Shown: one piece after another, positions 27,429 to 35,572 of the stretch | How positions within the stretch are numbered: the first letter of the stretch is position 1 | Layout of the letters: each line of letters begins with the position of its first letter | Origin: Lachnospiraceae bacterium | GTDB lineage: Bacteria; Bacillota; Clostridia; Lachnospirales; Lachnospiraceae | Assembly: GCA_017624235.1 (NCBI GenBank) | Contig: JAGANL010000022.1 | Location: 605 to 64,604, forward strand | DNA: 64,000 bases | Reading direction: 5' to 3' | Program-made: the position numbers and the translations under genes | The notes under the pieces: generated by a model | The model's input: the letters and a program-made list of their open reading frames with translations, nothing else | What the model was told of the DNA's origin: nothing | Databases searched by the model: none

Positions 27429-28159
27429 ATCATCACCTGCCTGTTTTGAAACGCATATTCTAAAAATGCATTTTTGATCTCATTGTACTTCCCACGGGGA
27501 ATTGGAATTTCTGTCAGACAGGACATGGTGATGGCCCGGTAAGAGAGATTTTGTACATATTCCAGATTCACCAGGAAGGAGCGGTGAGGACGCAGGAAGC
27601 TCCCGTAAGGCATCAGTTGTTTACTCAGCTCATCCAGACTGCCAATACTTTCCAAAGTTTTTCCGCTGGTCAGGTGGAGGAACAGGGTCCGATGGATTAC
27701 CTCACAGTATTCCAGCCGCCCCGGTTCGATACGGGTGATTCCGCTTTTGCACCGCAGGATCAGACTGCTCGTTTGCTCTTTTTCGCACACGGAAAGAACG
27801 GAATCCATTAAACGAAAAAAGCTCTCTGCCCAGATGGGTTTGAGCTGATAAAAATAAGCGCCTACCGTGTATGACTGTACCGCATACTCAGACGATGAAG
27901 TCAGGAAAATAATCTTGACATTGTTGTCATAATTCCGAATTTCCGCTGCCGCATCCAGTCCGTTCTCACCCGGCATGAGAACATCCAGAAACAGGATATC
28001 AAAACGGGTGCCGTTCTCGATTTCAGCTAACAGATCCAACGGGCTGTGAAAAGCCGTATAGTCGATATCCTGATTACGTTCCACACGATACCGGTCAAGA
28101 AGCATACAAATCTCCTTCAGCATAGAGAGGTCATCGTCGCAAAACGCTACTTTTATCAT
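27425..28159 (-). CDS. LytTR-family response regulator
   Basis: MIKVAFCDDD…DILFLDVLMPGENGLD…; C-terminal LytTR domain …FLRPHRSFLVNLEYV…. Confidence 0.9.
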   Translation of the reverse strand: MIKVAFCDDDLSMLKEICMLLDRYRVERNQDIDYTAFHSPLDLLAEIENGTRFDILFLDVLMPGENGLDAAAEIRNYDNNVKIIFLTSSSEYAVQSYTVGAYFYQLKPIWAESFFRLMDSVLSVCEKEQTSSLILRCKSGITRIEPGRLEYCEVIHRTLFLHLTSGKTLESIGSLDELSKQLMPYGSFLRPHRSFLVNLEYVQNLSYRAITMSCLTEIPIPRGKYNEIKNAFLEYAFQNRQVMI

Positions 28160-28270
28160 ATTGGTACACACCTCCGTTCCTCCGGTACAGACTCAACCTT
28201 CCGGTAGTCTATATGGTGGATTCATCTTTCATGTACATTTTATTTTGCCTGCATTTAAAATCCAATACCT

Positions 28271-28303
28271 ATGTCATAACTTGTACTAAAATGTCATAAC
28301 TTG
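28271..28303 (-). promoter_or_regulatory. Exact 13-bp direct repeat (CAAGTTATGACAT on the minus strand) x2 with 20-bp period; candidate LytTR autoregulatory site
   Basis: atgtcataacttg occurs at 28271-28283 and 28291-28303. A TAAAAT hexamer (28237-28242) lies 28 nt downstream on the minus strand. The site is about 110 nt upstream of the regulator start. Confidence 0.45.
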
Positions 28304-28828
28304 CAAGTCTTCTACTGTTTCCAGATATTCTCTCTGCCGAAAGCCGAATACCCCAGCCAGCAGAGACGTGGGGAACATCCTGAGCTCACGGTTCAATCTG
28401 GTCACGCTGTCGTTGTAAATCAGACGGCTGGTACGCACCATTTTTTCATAACTATCCACAGCGTTCATGCACTTGGCATAGTTTTCGTTTGCCTTCAATT
28501 CCGGATACTGCTCTGCCACCATGGAGATACGGCCAAGGGCTTCCGAAATGACGCCCTCCTGCTTCAAAACATCCTCCGGTTTGGAAGTGGCAGTAATGAC
28601 ACTGCGGCGAGATTTGACCGTTTCAATCAGGGTCTGAGACTCATGGGCGGCATACCCCTTCGTCAGATCCAGCAATGCCGTAAGCGCATCAAAGCAGGAA
28701 GATAGTTGTACACCGATCTGGCTCATGGCATAATTGATATTTTCATCCATGCCAACCAGTTTTCGCTGAACTGAAATAATCCACATAGCCAAAAATGCTA
28801 TGAGTACACCAATGATAAAATATCCCAT
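28286..28828 (-). CDS. LemA family protein
   Basis: 180 aa. N-terminal TM helix, then …QLSSCFDALTALLDLTKGYAAHE…YPELKANENY…YNDSVTRLN… typical of LemA. Confidence 0.85.
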   Translation of the reverse strand: MGYFIIGVLIAFLAMWIISVQRKLVGMDENINYAMSQIGVQLSSCFDALTALLDLTKGYAAHESQTLIETVKSRRSVITATSKPEDVLKQEGVISEALGRISMVAEQYPELKANENYAKCMNAVDSYEKMVRTSRLIYNDSVTRLNRELRMFPTSLLAGVFGFRQREYLETVEDLQVMTF

Positions 28829-28953
28829 AAAAAACTCCCTTCTTCATATGGAAAGTGGCGGATACGTTGTACCACATCCGCCATTTCGTTATGCAGCCAC
28901 TTGGCTTATATACACCATATACCCATTTGACCCTCCAAAATCGTCTGCTGTCT

Positions 28954-28983
28954 GAATCGTCCCGAAAATGTACCGAATCGACA
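28954..28983 (-). promoter_or_regulatory. Conserved 30-bp box, copy 2; candidate LytTR operator upstream of lemA
   Basis: gaatcgtcccgaaaatgtaccgaatcgaca contains GAATCG at 28954 and 28975 (21-bp period). On the minus strand a TATATG lies 32 nt downstream. Confidence 0.45.
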
Positions 28984-29051
28984 GATGCACTAGACGGTTA
29001 AGGGCATCCTGGAACCCCTGATTGCTCAACCGGCCTCTCATGCCACTGCTC

Positions 29052-29087
29052 AAAAAAGCGGATATGGCATTCTCCACATCCGCTTTT
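29052..29087 (-). terminator. Rho-independent (bidirectional) terminator after the LytTR regulator at 29114
   Basis: Stem AAAAGCGGAT(A)TGG / CCA(C)ATCCGCTTTT. It is followed by a T6 run on the minus strand. Confidence 0.75.
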
Positions 29088-29113
29088 AAAATTTATGTTC
29101 AGTTGATTCACCG

Positions 29114-29815
29114 TTACACATCTGCTGTGAAAACATAGTCTAAATATGCTTTCCTGGCACTTTTCAGATACGTTCTTGAGATTTTTATTGCCTTTCCACC
29201 CGTAAGATAGAACATATCACCTACTATCCTGTCGATATGTTCTATATTAACAAGATAACTTTTATGGCAGCGGCAAAAACCGTGATTCAGCAAAAATTGC
29301 TCATAATCCGTGAGCTTAGCAATAATCTCTATTTCTCTGTTTTCCGACAATGTAAAAATAACCTTTCTCAATTTACTTTCCAAACACTGTATATTTGACA
29401 AAACTATTTTTGTTTCAATTCCTGAATATGTAACTGTGATATAATGCTGCTTCCTTTCTCTCTGGGAAAGCAGTCTTTTGATACAGGCTCTGAGCTGGCC
29501 TTTATCAATCGGCTTTAACAGATAATCAAAGGCCAGCACTCGGTAGCTTTGAACGCCAAATTCCTCCGTTGTAGACATAAAAACAATCGGTGTTTTAGCA
29601 TCCTTTTTCCGCAAAGCTGCCGCCGTATCGATACCACTTATTTTCGGCATGAGTATATCTAAAATAATCAAATCATACGGCCGCAAAGTGTGACTTTTCA
29701 AAAGCTCGTTTCCGTTGTCAAATTCATTTACCGAAACATTTTTAATAACAGAGTTAAGGGCCTCTATTGCTTTTTGCCTTTCACTTTTCAAGTCATCGCA
29801 AATCGCTATTCTCAT
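29114..29815 (-). CDS. LytTR-family response regulator (no adjacent kinase)
   Basis: MRIAICDDLKSE…DLIILDILMPKISGID…; LytTR domain …FCRCHKSYLVNIEHI…. It starts 38 nt after the clpX-like stop and no terminator lies between them. Confidence 0.88.
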   Translation of the reverse strand: MRIAICDDLKSERQKAIEALNSVIKNVSVNEFDNGNELLKSHTLRPYDLIILDILMPKISGIDTAAALRKKDAKTPIVFMSTTEEFGVQSYRVLAFDYLLKPIDKGQLRACIKRLLSQRERKQHYITVTYSGIETKIVLSNIQCLESKLRKVIFTLSENREIEIIAKLTDYEQFLLNHGFCRCHKSYLVNIEHIDRIVGDMFYLTGGKAIKISRTYLKSARKAYLDYVFTADV

Positions 29816-29853
29816 ATATACTGATCCTTTTTTCACGTGGTTTTACGTTTGAG

Positions 29854-31452
29854 TCACATCTGCGATTGCTCCACTGCGCCTGTATAATCCTCCAGTACAG
29901 CCCCATTGCTTCGAATATCGATTACGGGACCTCCCTTTCCTTCGATATATTCTCTGGTAATCGTCACCCTGCCGATATTATCATCCTTCGGAATCTCATA
30001 CATGATATCCAGCATGAAGTCCTCGATGATTGCCCTCAGTGCGCGGGCACCCGTTTCCTTTTCCATTGCCTTTTCCGCAATGGCCTCTAAAGCGCCGTCA
30101 TCAAATTCCAGCTTCACCTCATCCAGCTCAAGTAGCTTCTGGTACTGCTTCAATATCGCGTTTTTCGGTTCTTTCAGGATTTTTACCATCATTTCCTTAG
30201 AAAGTCCATCCAACGTGAAAATAATGGGCAGACGTCCGATAAACTCCGGTATCATGCCGAATTTACGGATATCCTCCACCGTTACCTTGCTTAAAATAGT
30301 CTTATCATGATCGTATTTATCCTTCAGATCCGCATTAAATCCAATAGAGCTCTGCTTATTCAGCCGCTGCTTGATAATCTCCTCCAGATCCGGGAACGCA
30401 CCGCCGCAGATAAACAGAATGTTCTTCGTATTGATCGTGGTAAGCGGCACCATGGCATTCTTGCTGTTGGCTCCGACAGGCACCTCCACCTCAGCTCCCT
30501 CCAGAAGCTTGAGCATTCCCTGCTGCACCGACTCCCCGCTGACATCCCGGGAAGTGGTATTTTTCTTCTTTGCCAGCTTATCAATCTCATCGATAAAGAT
30601 GATACCCTGCTCAGCCCGCTCCACATCGTTGTCTGCCGCTGCAAGCAGCTTGGAAACAACACTCTCGATATCGTCACCGATATAGCCGGCCTCCGTCAGA
30701 GAAGTCGCATCGGCAATGGCAAGCGGCACATCCAGAAGCTTTGCCAGGGTCTTTACCAGATAGGTCTTGCCACAGCCGGTCGGCCCAATCATCAGCATGT
30801 TGGACTTCTCGATTTCAATCTCGTCCATCGTATCGGTAGCCACACGTTTATAATGATTATAAACCGCTACGGAAATGACCTTTTTGGCATATTCCTGCCC
30901 GACTACATAATCATCCAGCTTTGCCTTAATTTTATGCGGCGCCGGAATGTCTTTTATATTCAGGATCGGCTTGGACTGCTGCTTCTCCTTCTTTTTCTTA
31001 ATCTTCTGTCTGTTCGGAATGCCTCCGTCTCCCTGCAGATCCGCCAGACTCACAAAGCTGATATTCGGAAAGCCCTTTCCCTTGCCGTCTCCGAACGGGA
31101 TGGTATTGTTCAACATTCCCTGATAGTCAAACTGGCTGACCGTATCCATGGTCTTATGCATACATTCATTGCAGACACAGATATCATTCGGCAGATGAAA
31201 CATTTTTCCTGCCTTGCTTTCCGGCCTCCGGCAGATAAAGCAGACATCCTCAAATTCGTCCTTCTTCTCTTCCACCTCTGCTTCCTTACCGCCTTCAGCC
31301 ACTTTCTCAGGAATTTCCTCTTTCTCCTGTTCGGTGTTATCCTCTACGGTACAGACATCCGTCTCTGCAGATTCCTCCGATTCCTTCGCCTCATTTCTGA
31401 AATCTTCCTCTACCTCCAGATAGGTCTTATCTCTATCATCCAATTTACTCAT
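29854..31452 (-). CDS. clpX: ClpX-type AAA+ unfoldase with a roughly 100-aa acidic N-terminal extension
   Basis: C4 zinc domain CFICRR…CVCNEC, Walker A GPTGCGKT, pore loop GYIG, Walker B IIFIDEIDK, ClpP-docking SSIGF. The zinc domain is preceded by an Asp/Glu-rich stretch. Start ATG 31452 preferred over 31536. Confidence 0.88.
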   Translation of the reverse strand: MSKLDDRDKTYLEVEEDFRNEAKESEESAETDVCTVEDNTEQEKEEIPEKVAEGGKEAEVEEKKDEFEDVCFICRRPESKAGKMFHLPNDICVCNECMHKTMDTVSQFDYQGMLNNTIPFGDGKGKGFPNISFVSLADLQGDGGIPNRQKIKKKKEKQQSKPILNIKDIPAPHKIKAKLDDYVVGQEYAKKVISVAVYNHYKRVATDTMDEIEIEKSNMLMIGPTGCGKTYLVKTLAKLLDVPLAIADATSLTEAGYIGDDIESVVSKLLAAADNDVERAEQGIIFIDEIDKLAKKKNTTSRDVSGESVQQGMLKLLEGAEVEVPVGANSKNAMVPLTTINTKNILFICGGAFPDLEEIIKQRLNKQSSIGFNADLKDKYDHDKTILSKVTVEDIRKFGMIPEFIGRLPIIFTLDGLSKEMMVKILKEPKNAILKQYQKLLELDEVKLEFDDGALEAIAEKAMEKETGARALRAIIEDFMLDIMYEIPKDDNIGRVTITREYIEGKGGPVIDIRSNGAVLEDYTGAVEQSQM

Positions 31453-31652
31453 GTATGTGCAATCCTCTCTTATGCTGTTTCTCTTCCTTTGGGTGTATAT
31501 TTTCTTTATTATACGCGATTCTGCAATTGTATACAAGTGAACTTTTTCTAAAGAGATAACAAAGCATACAAGCCAAAGGCTTCCGAAAATTTTCCGGAAG
31601 CCTTGGATTGCTTATATTCTTCTTATATTCTTTTTGATGCTCACTTTATTGC

Positions 31653-33005
31653 TCACTGAACATTGCTGTTCTGCTGTGCGCCTAAGGTCACTTCCACAGT
31701 CTTTTCAGCCCAGCCGTTTGGATTACCTTCCATGACCGTCACTTCCACAGTCGTACCGGCTGCATAATAGGTCAACATCTTCTGCAGCTCCTCCATCGTG
31801 GAAACGGAGGATCCGTCAAATTTGGTAATGATATTACCTTTGACAATACCGGCTGCCTCTGCACCGGTACCACTATAAACCTGAGCTACCATGACACCCT
31901 TCGGCATACTGTAAACCTTTGCTGCATCATCCGTCACATTCACACCGGAAATCCCCAGAAAGCCCTTTTCCTGTGCATCTACCTTCACTCTGGTCGTCTT
32001 GGTCATCAAATCTTCAATAATCGGTCTGGCCGAGGAAATCGGAATAGCATAACCCATACCCTCTACTGCGGTACCACCAATCTTATTGGAATTGATGCCA
32101 ATCACCTGTCCCTTCATATTCAGAAGCGCACCGCCCGAGTTGCCCGGATTGATGGCTGCATCGGTCTGGATAAAGGTGCCGGAAACACCATCTACGTTGA
32201 CCTCACGATTGACTGCACTGATGACACCGGTTGTAACGGACTGTCCATAGCCAAGCGCATTGCCGATGGCAATCGCTCCTTCACCTACCTTCAGGCTATC
32301 AGAATCACCAAGCTCTGCAATCCGAATGCTTTCCAGGGTAGAAGACTTGACAGCATCCAGCTGAACGGCTATGACTGCCAGATCCTTTGTGGAATCAGTT
32401 CCCTTTACCTGTGCCTCTACCTTTTCACCATCGATAAACTGCACCTTCAGTGCATCGGTATCTGCAACCACATGGTTATTCGTCACAATCAAAAGCTCGG
32501 TATCCGATTTCCCCACCACGATGCCTGAGCCACTGGCCTGCTGCTCGCTCTTTAAGGTCTGTCCAAAGAAATCCTGCTGTGTTGCCACATAAGTATTCGT
32601 AATCGATACGACAGCCGGCATCACATTCTGTACGACACTGGAGACATCCATGACATTTGTTTCTGCACCGGTAGAAGCAGCGTTCACAACACCACTGTCT
32701 GCTGCGGTATTGTTTTCTGCGGCTGCCGACGCTTTCGCGCTGTCTGAGCCTGCCATGACAATGGTCTCCTGACTGCTCTCCTGCTGTGCCGGAGCAGTCT
32801 TTTCTGCCACCGCCTTCACTGCATAAAAGCTTGCGCCTGCACTGACTCCAAAGAAAGCACCAAGCGCAACCATAGCCACCGCCTTCTTAAAGAAGCCTCC
32901 CTTTTTTCTGGAATGCTTCTGCTTCTCCGGCTCTGTGGACGGCTGCTGCGGCATTTGATACGGCTGATAGCCACTATAGATTCCTGTGTTATTTTCTTCA
33001 TACAT
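31653..33005 (-). CDS. HtrA/DegP-family serine protease with PDZ domain, membrane anchored
   Basis: 450 aa. TM helix, then His TNNHVV and Ser GNSGGALLN, with a C-terminal PDZ domain. Confidence 0.9.
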   Translation of the reverse strand: MYEENNTGIYSGYQPYQMPQQPSTEPEKQKHSRKKGGFFKKAVAMVALGAFFGVSAGASFYAVKAVAEKTAPAQQESSQETIVMAGSDSAKASAAAENNTAADSGVVNAASTGAETNVMDVSSVVQNVMPAVVSITNTYVATQQDFFGQTLKSEQQASGSGIVVGKSDTELLIVTNNHVVADTDALKVQFIDGEKVEAQVKGTDSTKDLAVIAVQLDAVKSSTLESIRIAELGDSDSLKVGEGAIAIGNALGYGQSVTTGVISAVNREVNVDGVSGTFIQTDAAINPGNSGGALLNMKGQVIGINSNKIGGTAVEGMGYAIPISSARPIIEDLMTKTTRVKVDAQEKGFLGISGVNVTDDAAKVYSMPKGVMVAQVYSGTGAEAAGIVKGNIITKFDGSSVSTMEELQKMLTYYAAGTTVEVTVMEGNPNGWAEKTVEVTLGAQQNSNVQ

Positions 33006-33142
33006 ATATAAGACCTCTTTTCTGAAAAAGCTTTTGTTTTCCTTATCTGAGGTACAGTATATCCATGAATTGTGTTCAAACTGTGATAAAACTATAAGAA
33101 AAGTGTGAAGTTTCTATAATCTGTTTCCTTCATCAGATTCTG

Positions 33143-34087
33143 CTACCACCGTTTCCAATACCGCCTATTCATGCTGCACCAGTACACAAATCTCTTGGGC
33201 AGCCTGCGATAGCATTTTCCCAAACGGTATCCGATGAATTTAAAGCCACTCGTCACAAACAGTGCCGGAATCTGACAAACAGCCTTTTGTGCCTTCAAAT
33301 ACCGAACCGTCTCTTTGATCATACGTATTCCCTCTGACTCAGACCGGACACCTTCAAATATCTCCGGGTGATCCGCCTGCGATACACCCAGATCGAAGTT
33401 CCGGCGAAACTGCTCCATATTCGTATAATTATGCGAATGTACCACTCTGGCCTGCGGCACATAGGCAATCCGATAGCCGGCCTGTACCGCTCTGGCCGCA
33501 TAAATCATATCCTCATTGAAAATCGTATGACGGATGAATCCGCCCAATTTCACAAAAACATCCTTTTTGTAGGCCGCACACGCATTGGAGCAAAAATAGG
33601 TCTTAATGCCAAGCCTCTCCAAATCCTCTGCCCCCTTGACACATGCCTGCTCCGGATAGTTAAATTCTCTGGTAAAGCGCTCCAAAATATGACAGTCTTC
33701 TGCCGGGAGCTGTCTGCCGTATGCCACTGCTGTCTGTTCCTGCTCCAGTCCGTTCAAAAGGGCTTCCATCAAACGGTCGTCCTCCGGTACCGCATCCTGT
33801 GTCATACAAACAAAAATCTCTGCATCCGAACGCTTTACTCCTTCATTTCGGGTCCTGCCATGGTCAAATTCCCGGGCTGACAAATGATAGACCTCCACAT
33901 TCCGGTATTTTTCCAGAAAATTCGTCCCGTAGGTCAGCCTTTCAAAATACTTTTCCTCCGTATTCATCACGATGATACGTGATACCGGAACCGTCTGCTT
34001 CGACAGCTTTTCGATCAACTGCAGAAACTTCCGGTCCGGCTTGCTTGTTGGGATGATCACATCCACCTTTTTTTCTGTTCTGTCCAC
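33143..34087 (-). CDS. Family-2 glycosyltransferase (rhamnosyltransferase-like)
   Basis: 314 aa. VDVIIPTSKPDR… N-terminal GT-A fold; TQDAVPEDD acidic motif. Confidence 0.8.
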   Translation of the reverse strand: MDRTEKKVDVIIPTSKPDRKFLQLIEKLSKQTVPVSRIIVMNTEEKYFERLTYGTNFLEKYRNVEVYHLSAREFDHGRTRNEGVKRSDAEIFVCMTQDAVPEDDRLMEALLNGLEQEQTAVAYGRQLPAEDCHILERFTREFNYPEQACVKGAEDLERLGIKTYFCSNACAAYKKDVFVKLGGFIRHTIFNEDMIYAARAVQAGYRIAYVPQARVVHSHNYTNMEQFRRNFDLGVSQADHPEIFEGVRSESEGIRMIKETVRYLKAQKAVCQIPALFVTSGFKFIGYRLGKCYRRLPKRFVYWCSMNRRYWKRW

Positions 34088-34122
34088 TAAAAATCTCGCC
34101 TGCTTATTTTTATTCTGTTTAC

Positions 34123-35526
34123 CTATTCACCGGTAGGTGCATCATCATTGGGTGCAGTTCCGACATAGGCCTTGGTATCATTCTCTACCTTCGCGCTACA
34201 TTCCTTTACGGTCGAAGAGGTTGTGTAATCTGCATCAAACAGGAACTTATGCAGCTTTACAACGTTCTTCTCTAACGACATCGGAATGACACAGCTTCCC
34301 TTGCTTCCGATATTTCCGGTTGCTCTGGACTCCTCGAACGGGAAGCCTTCGCTTTCGGTCACATTGTACTTGGCAATATCCTTCAGTACATCCGCAATTT
34401 CCGTTACAGTCAGGTTTGTTGCTACATTCGGGAATACGCTGTCCAGAATCTTATTCAGGGTAGCCGGATCTGCCTTCTTAGCCTTCTCCGCCATTGCCAT
34501 TAACACCCTTCTCTGACGTTCTGCACGTGCAAAATCATTACCGACATAACGGATACGGCAATATGCAGTCGCCTGAAGTCCGTTTAAGTTCTGCAGTCCT
34601 GCATGAGTAACCGGTGTATAATCCACACCTTCCTTAGCTGTAAAGTTGATACCGTCCTCGCTCGTTCCGACCATACTGATCTGATAGCTGTTGAGATGCT
34701 CGATTTCCGCCTCTGTCACATCGATTTCTACACCGCCCAGAGCATCAATCGTATCCGTAACACCCTTGAAGCCTACCGTAACATAGTTGGTGATATCCAT
34801 ATCCAGGTTCATATTGAGCATATTCATTGCCTGCTCCGGCCCGCCCTTTGCATAAGCGGAATTACATTTATTATAGCTGTCATTACCCAGATTCAGGTAC
34901 GTATCACGGAATACGCTGACTACCTTGACCTCTCCGGTATCCTGATTGATGGAAGCGATCATGATCGTATCGGTACGATTACCCTTTCCGAGCGAATTAT
35001 CTCTGGAGTCTACACCAAACAGCGCAATATTCCGATACCCCTTCATGGCCTCGTTCTGCTCTACGGTATCATTGATGACAATGTCCTCTTCCTTGATATC
35101 AAAACGGGTCGTCTGTGTACCCTTCATGACAAAATATAATACCATCAGCATAATCACAAGCACTACAATTTCTACAATAAACAAAATCGTGCGCTTTCTC
35201 TTCTTCTGTGCCCTCGCCCTTGCAGAATTTGGCCTTTTGCCTCCGTTCTGGGGTCTTCTGCCCGAAGAGGAACCATTGCCGCGACCGGAAGCTGCTCTCA
35301 TCCTCTCCTGATTCTCATACTGGGAAGGTCTGCTGCTCTGCCTGCGCGCCGTTTCCCGATACTCCTGTCCCCCTACGCTTCTGCGCGGTGCACTCCCGTT
35401 TCTGGATGCTGCCGCATTTCTGGAGGGCGCTCCGTTTCTGGAAGAAGCACTGCTTCTGGAAGGCGCACTGCTTCTACGCGGCGCACCGTTTCGTGACTGT
35501 GACGTATTGCCTGTTCTCTTATCCAT
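34123..35526 (-). CDS. LytR-CpsA-Psr (LCP) family glycopolymer ligase
   Basis: 467 aa. Basic Ser/Arg-rich cytoplasmic tail with SRNGAP-type repeats, a TM helix, then FGVDSR…NRTDTIMIASIN…VSVFRDTY. Confidence 0.88.
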   Translation of the reverse strand: MDKRTGNTSQSRNGAPRRSSAPSRSSASSRNGAPSRNAAASRNGSAPRRSVGGQEYRETARRQSSRPSQYENQERMRAASGRGNGSSSGRRPQNGGKRPNSARARAQKKRKRTILFIVEIVVLVIMLMVLYFVMKGTQTTRFDIKEEDIVINDTVEQNEAMKGYRNIALFGVDSRDNSLGKGNRTDTIMIASINQDTGEVKVVSVFRDTYLNLGNDSYNKCNSAYAKGGPEQAMNMLNMNLDMDITNYVTVGFKGVTDTIDALGGVEIDVTEAEIEHLNSYQISMVGTSEDGINFTAKEGVDYTPVTHAGLQNLNGLQATAYCRIRYVGNDFARAERQRRVLMAMAEKAKKADPATLNKILDSVFPNVATNLTVTEIADVLKDIAKYNVTESEGFPFEESRATGNIGSKGSCVIPMSLEKNVVKLHKFLFDADYTTSSTVKECSAKVENDTKAYVGTAPNDDAPTGE

Positions 35527-35572
35527 CTCTTTTTCGATCTCTCCTTACTCTCTTGTCCTTTTCGCAACTGTA

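Noticed and set aside
28889-29077. 62-aa ORF between lemA and the LytTR regulator, considered as a possible pheromone or bacteriocin precursor.
   Set aside because: Its ATG sits inside the terminator hairpin (29052-29087) and GGAG is only 2 nt upstream. It has no leader-peptide features (no double-glycine or hydrophobic signal).
15456-29087. Declaring the whole 20-29 kb signalling/protease island to be cargo of the serine-recombinase element.
   Set aside because: No matching att-like repeat, tRNA target or second boundary could be found by eye. Only the recombinase operon itself is annotated as mobile, and the limits are left open.
30307-31551. Long antisense ORFs opposite well-supported genes: 30307..31551 (414 aa), 44238..45260 (340 aa), 6739..7509, 14586..15395 and 87..653.
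   Set aside because: Each lies fully inside a gene on the other strand with clear family motifs. Their translations are low-complexity and motif-free with no RBS. These are typical shadow ORFs.
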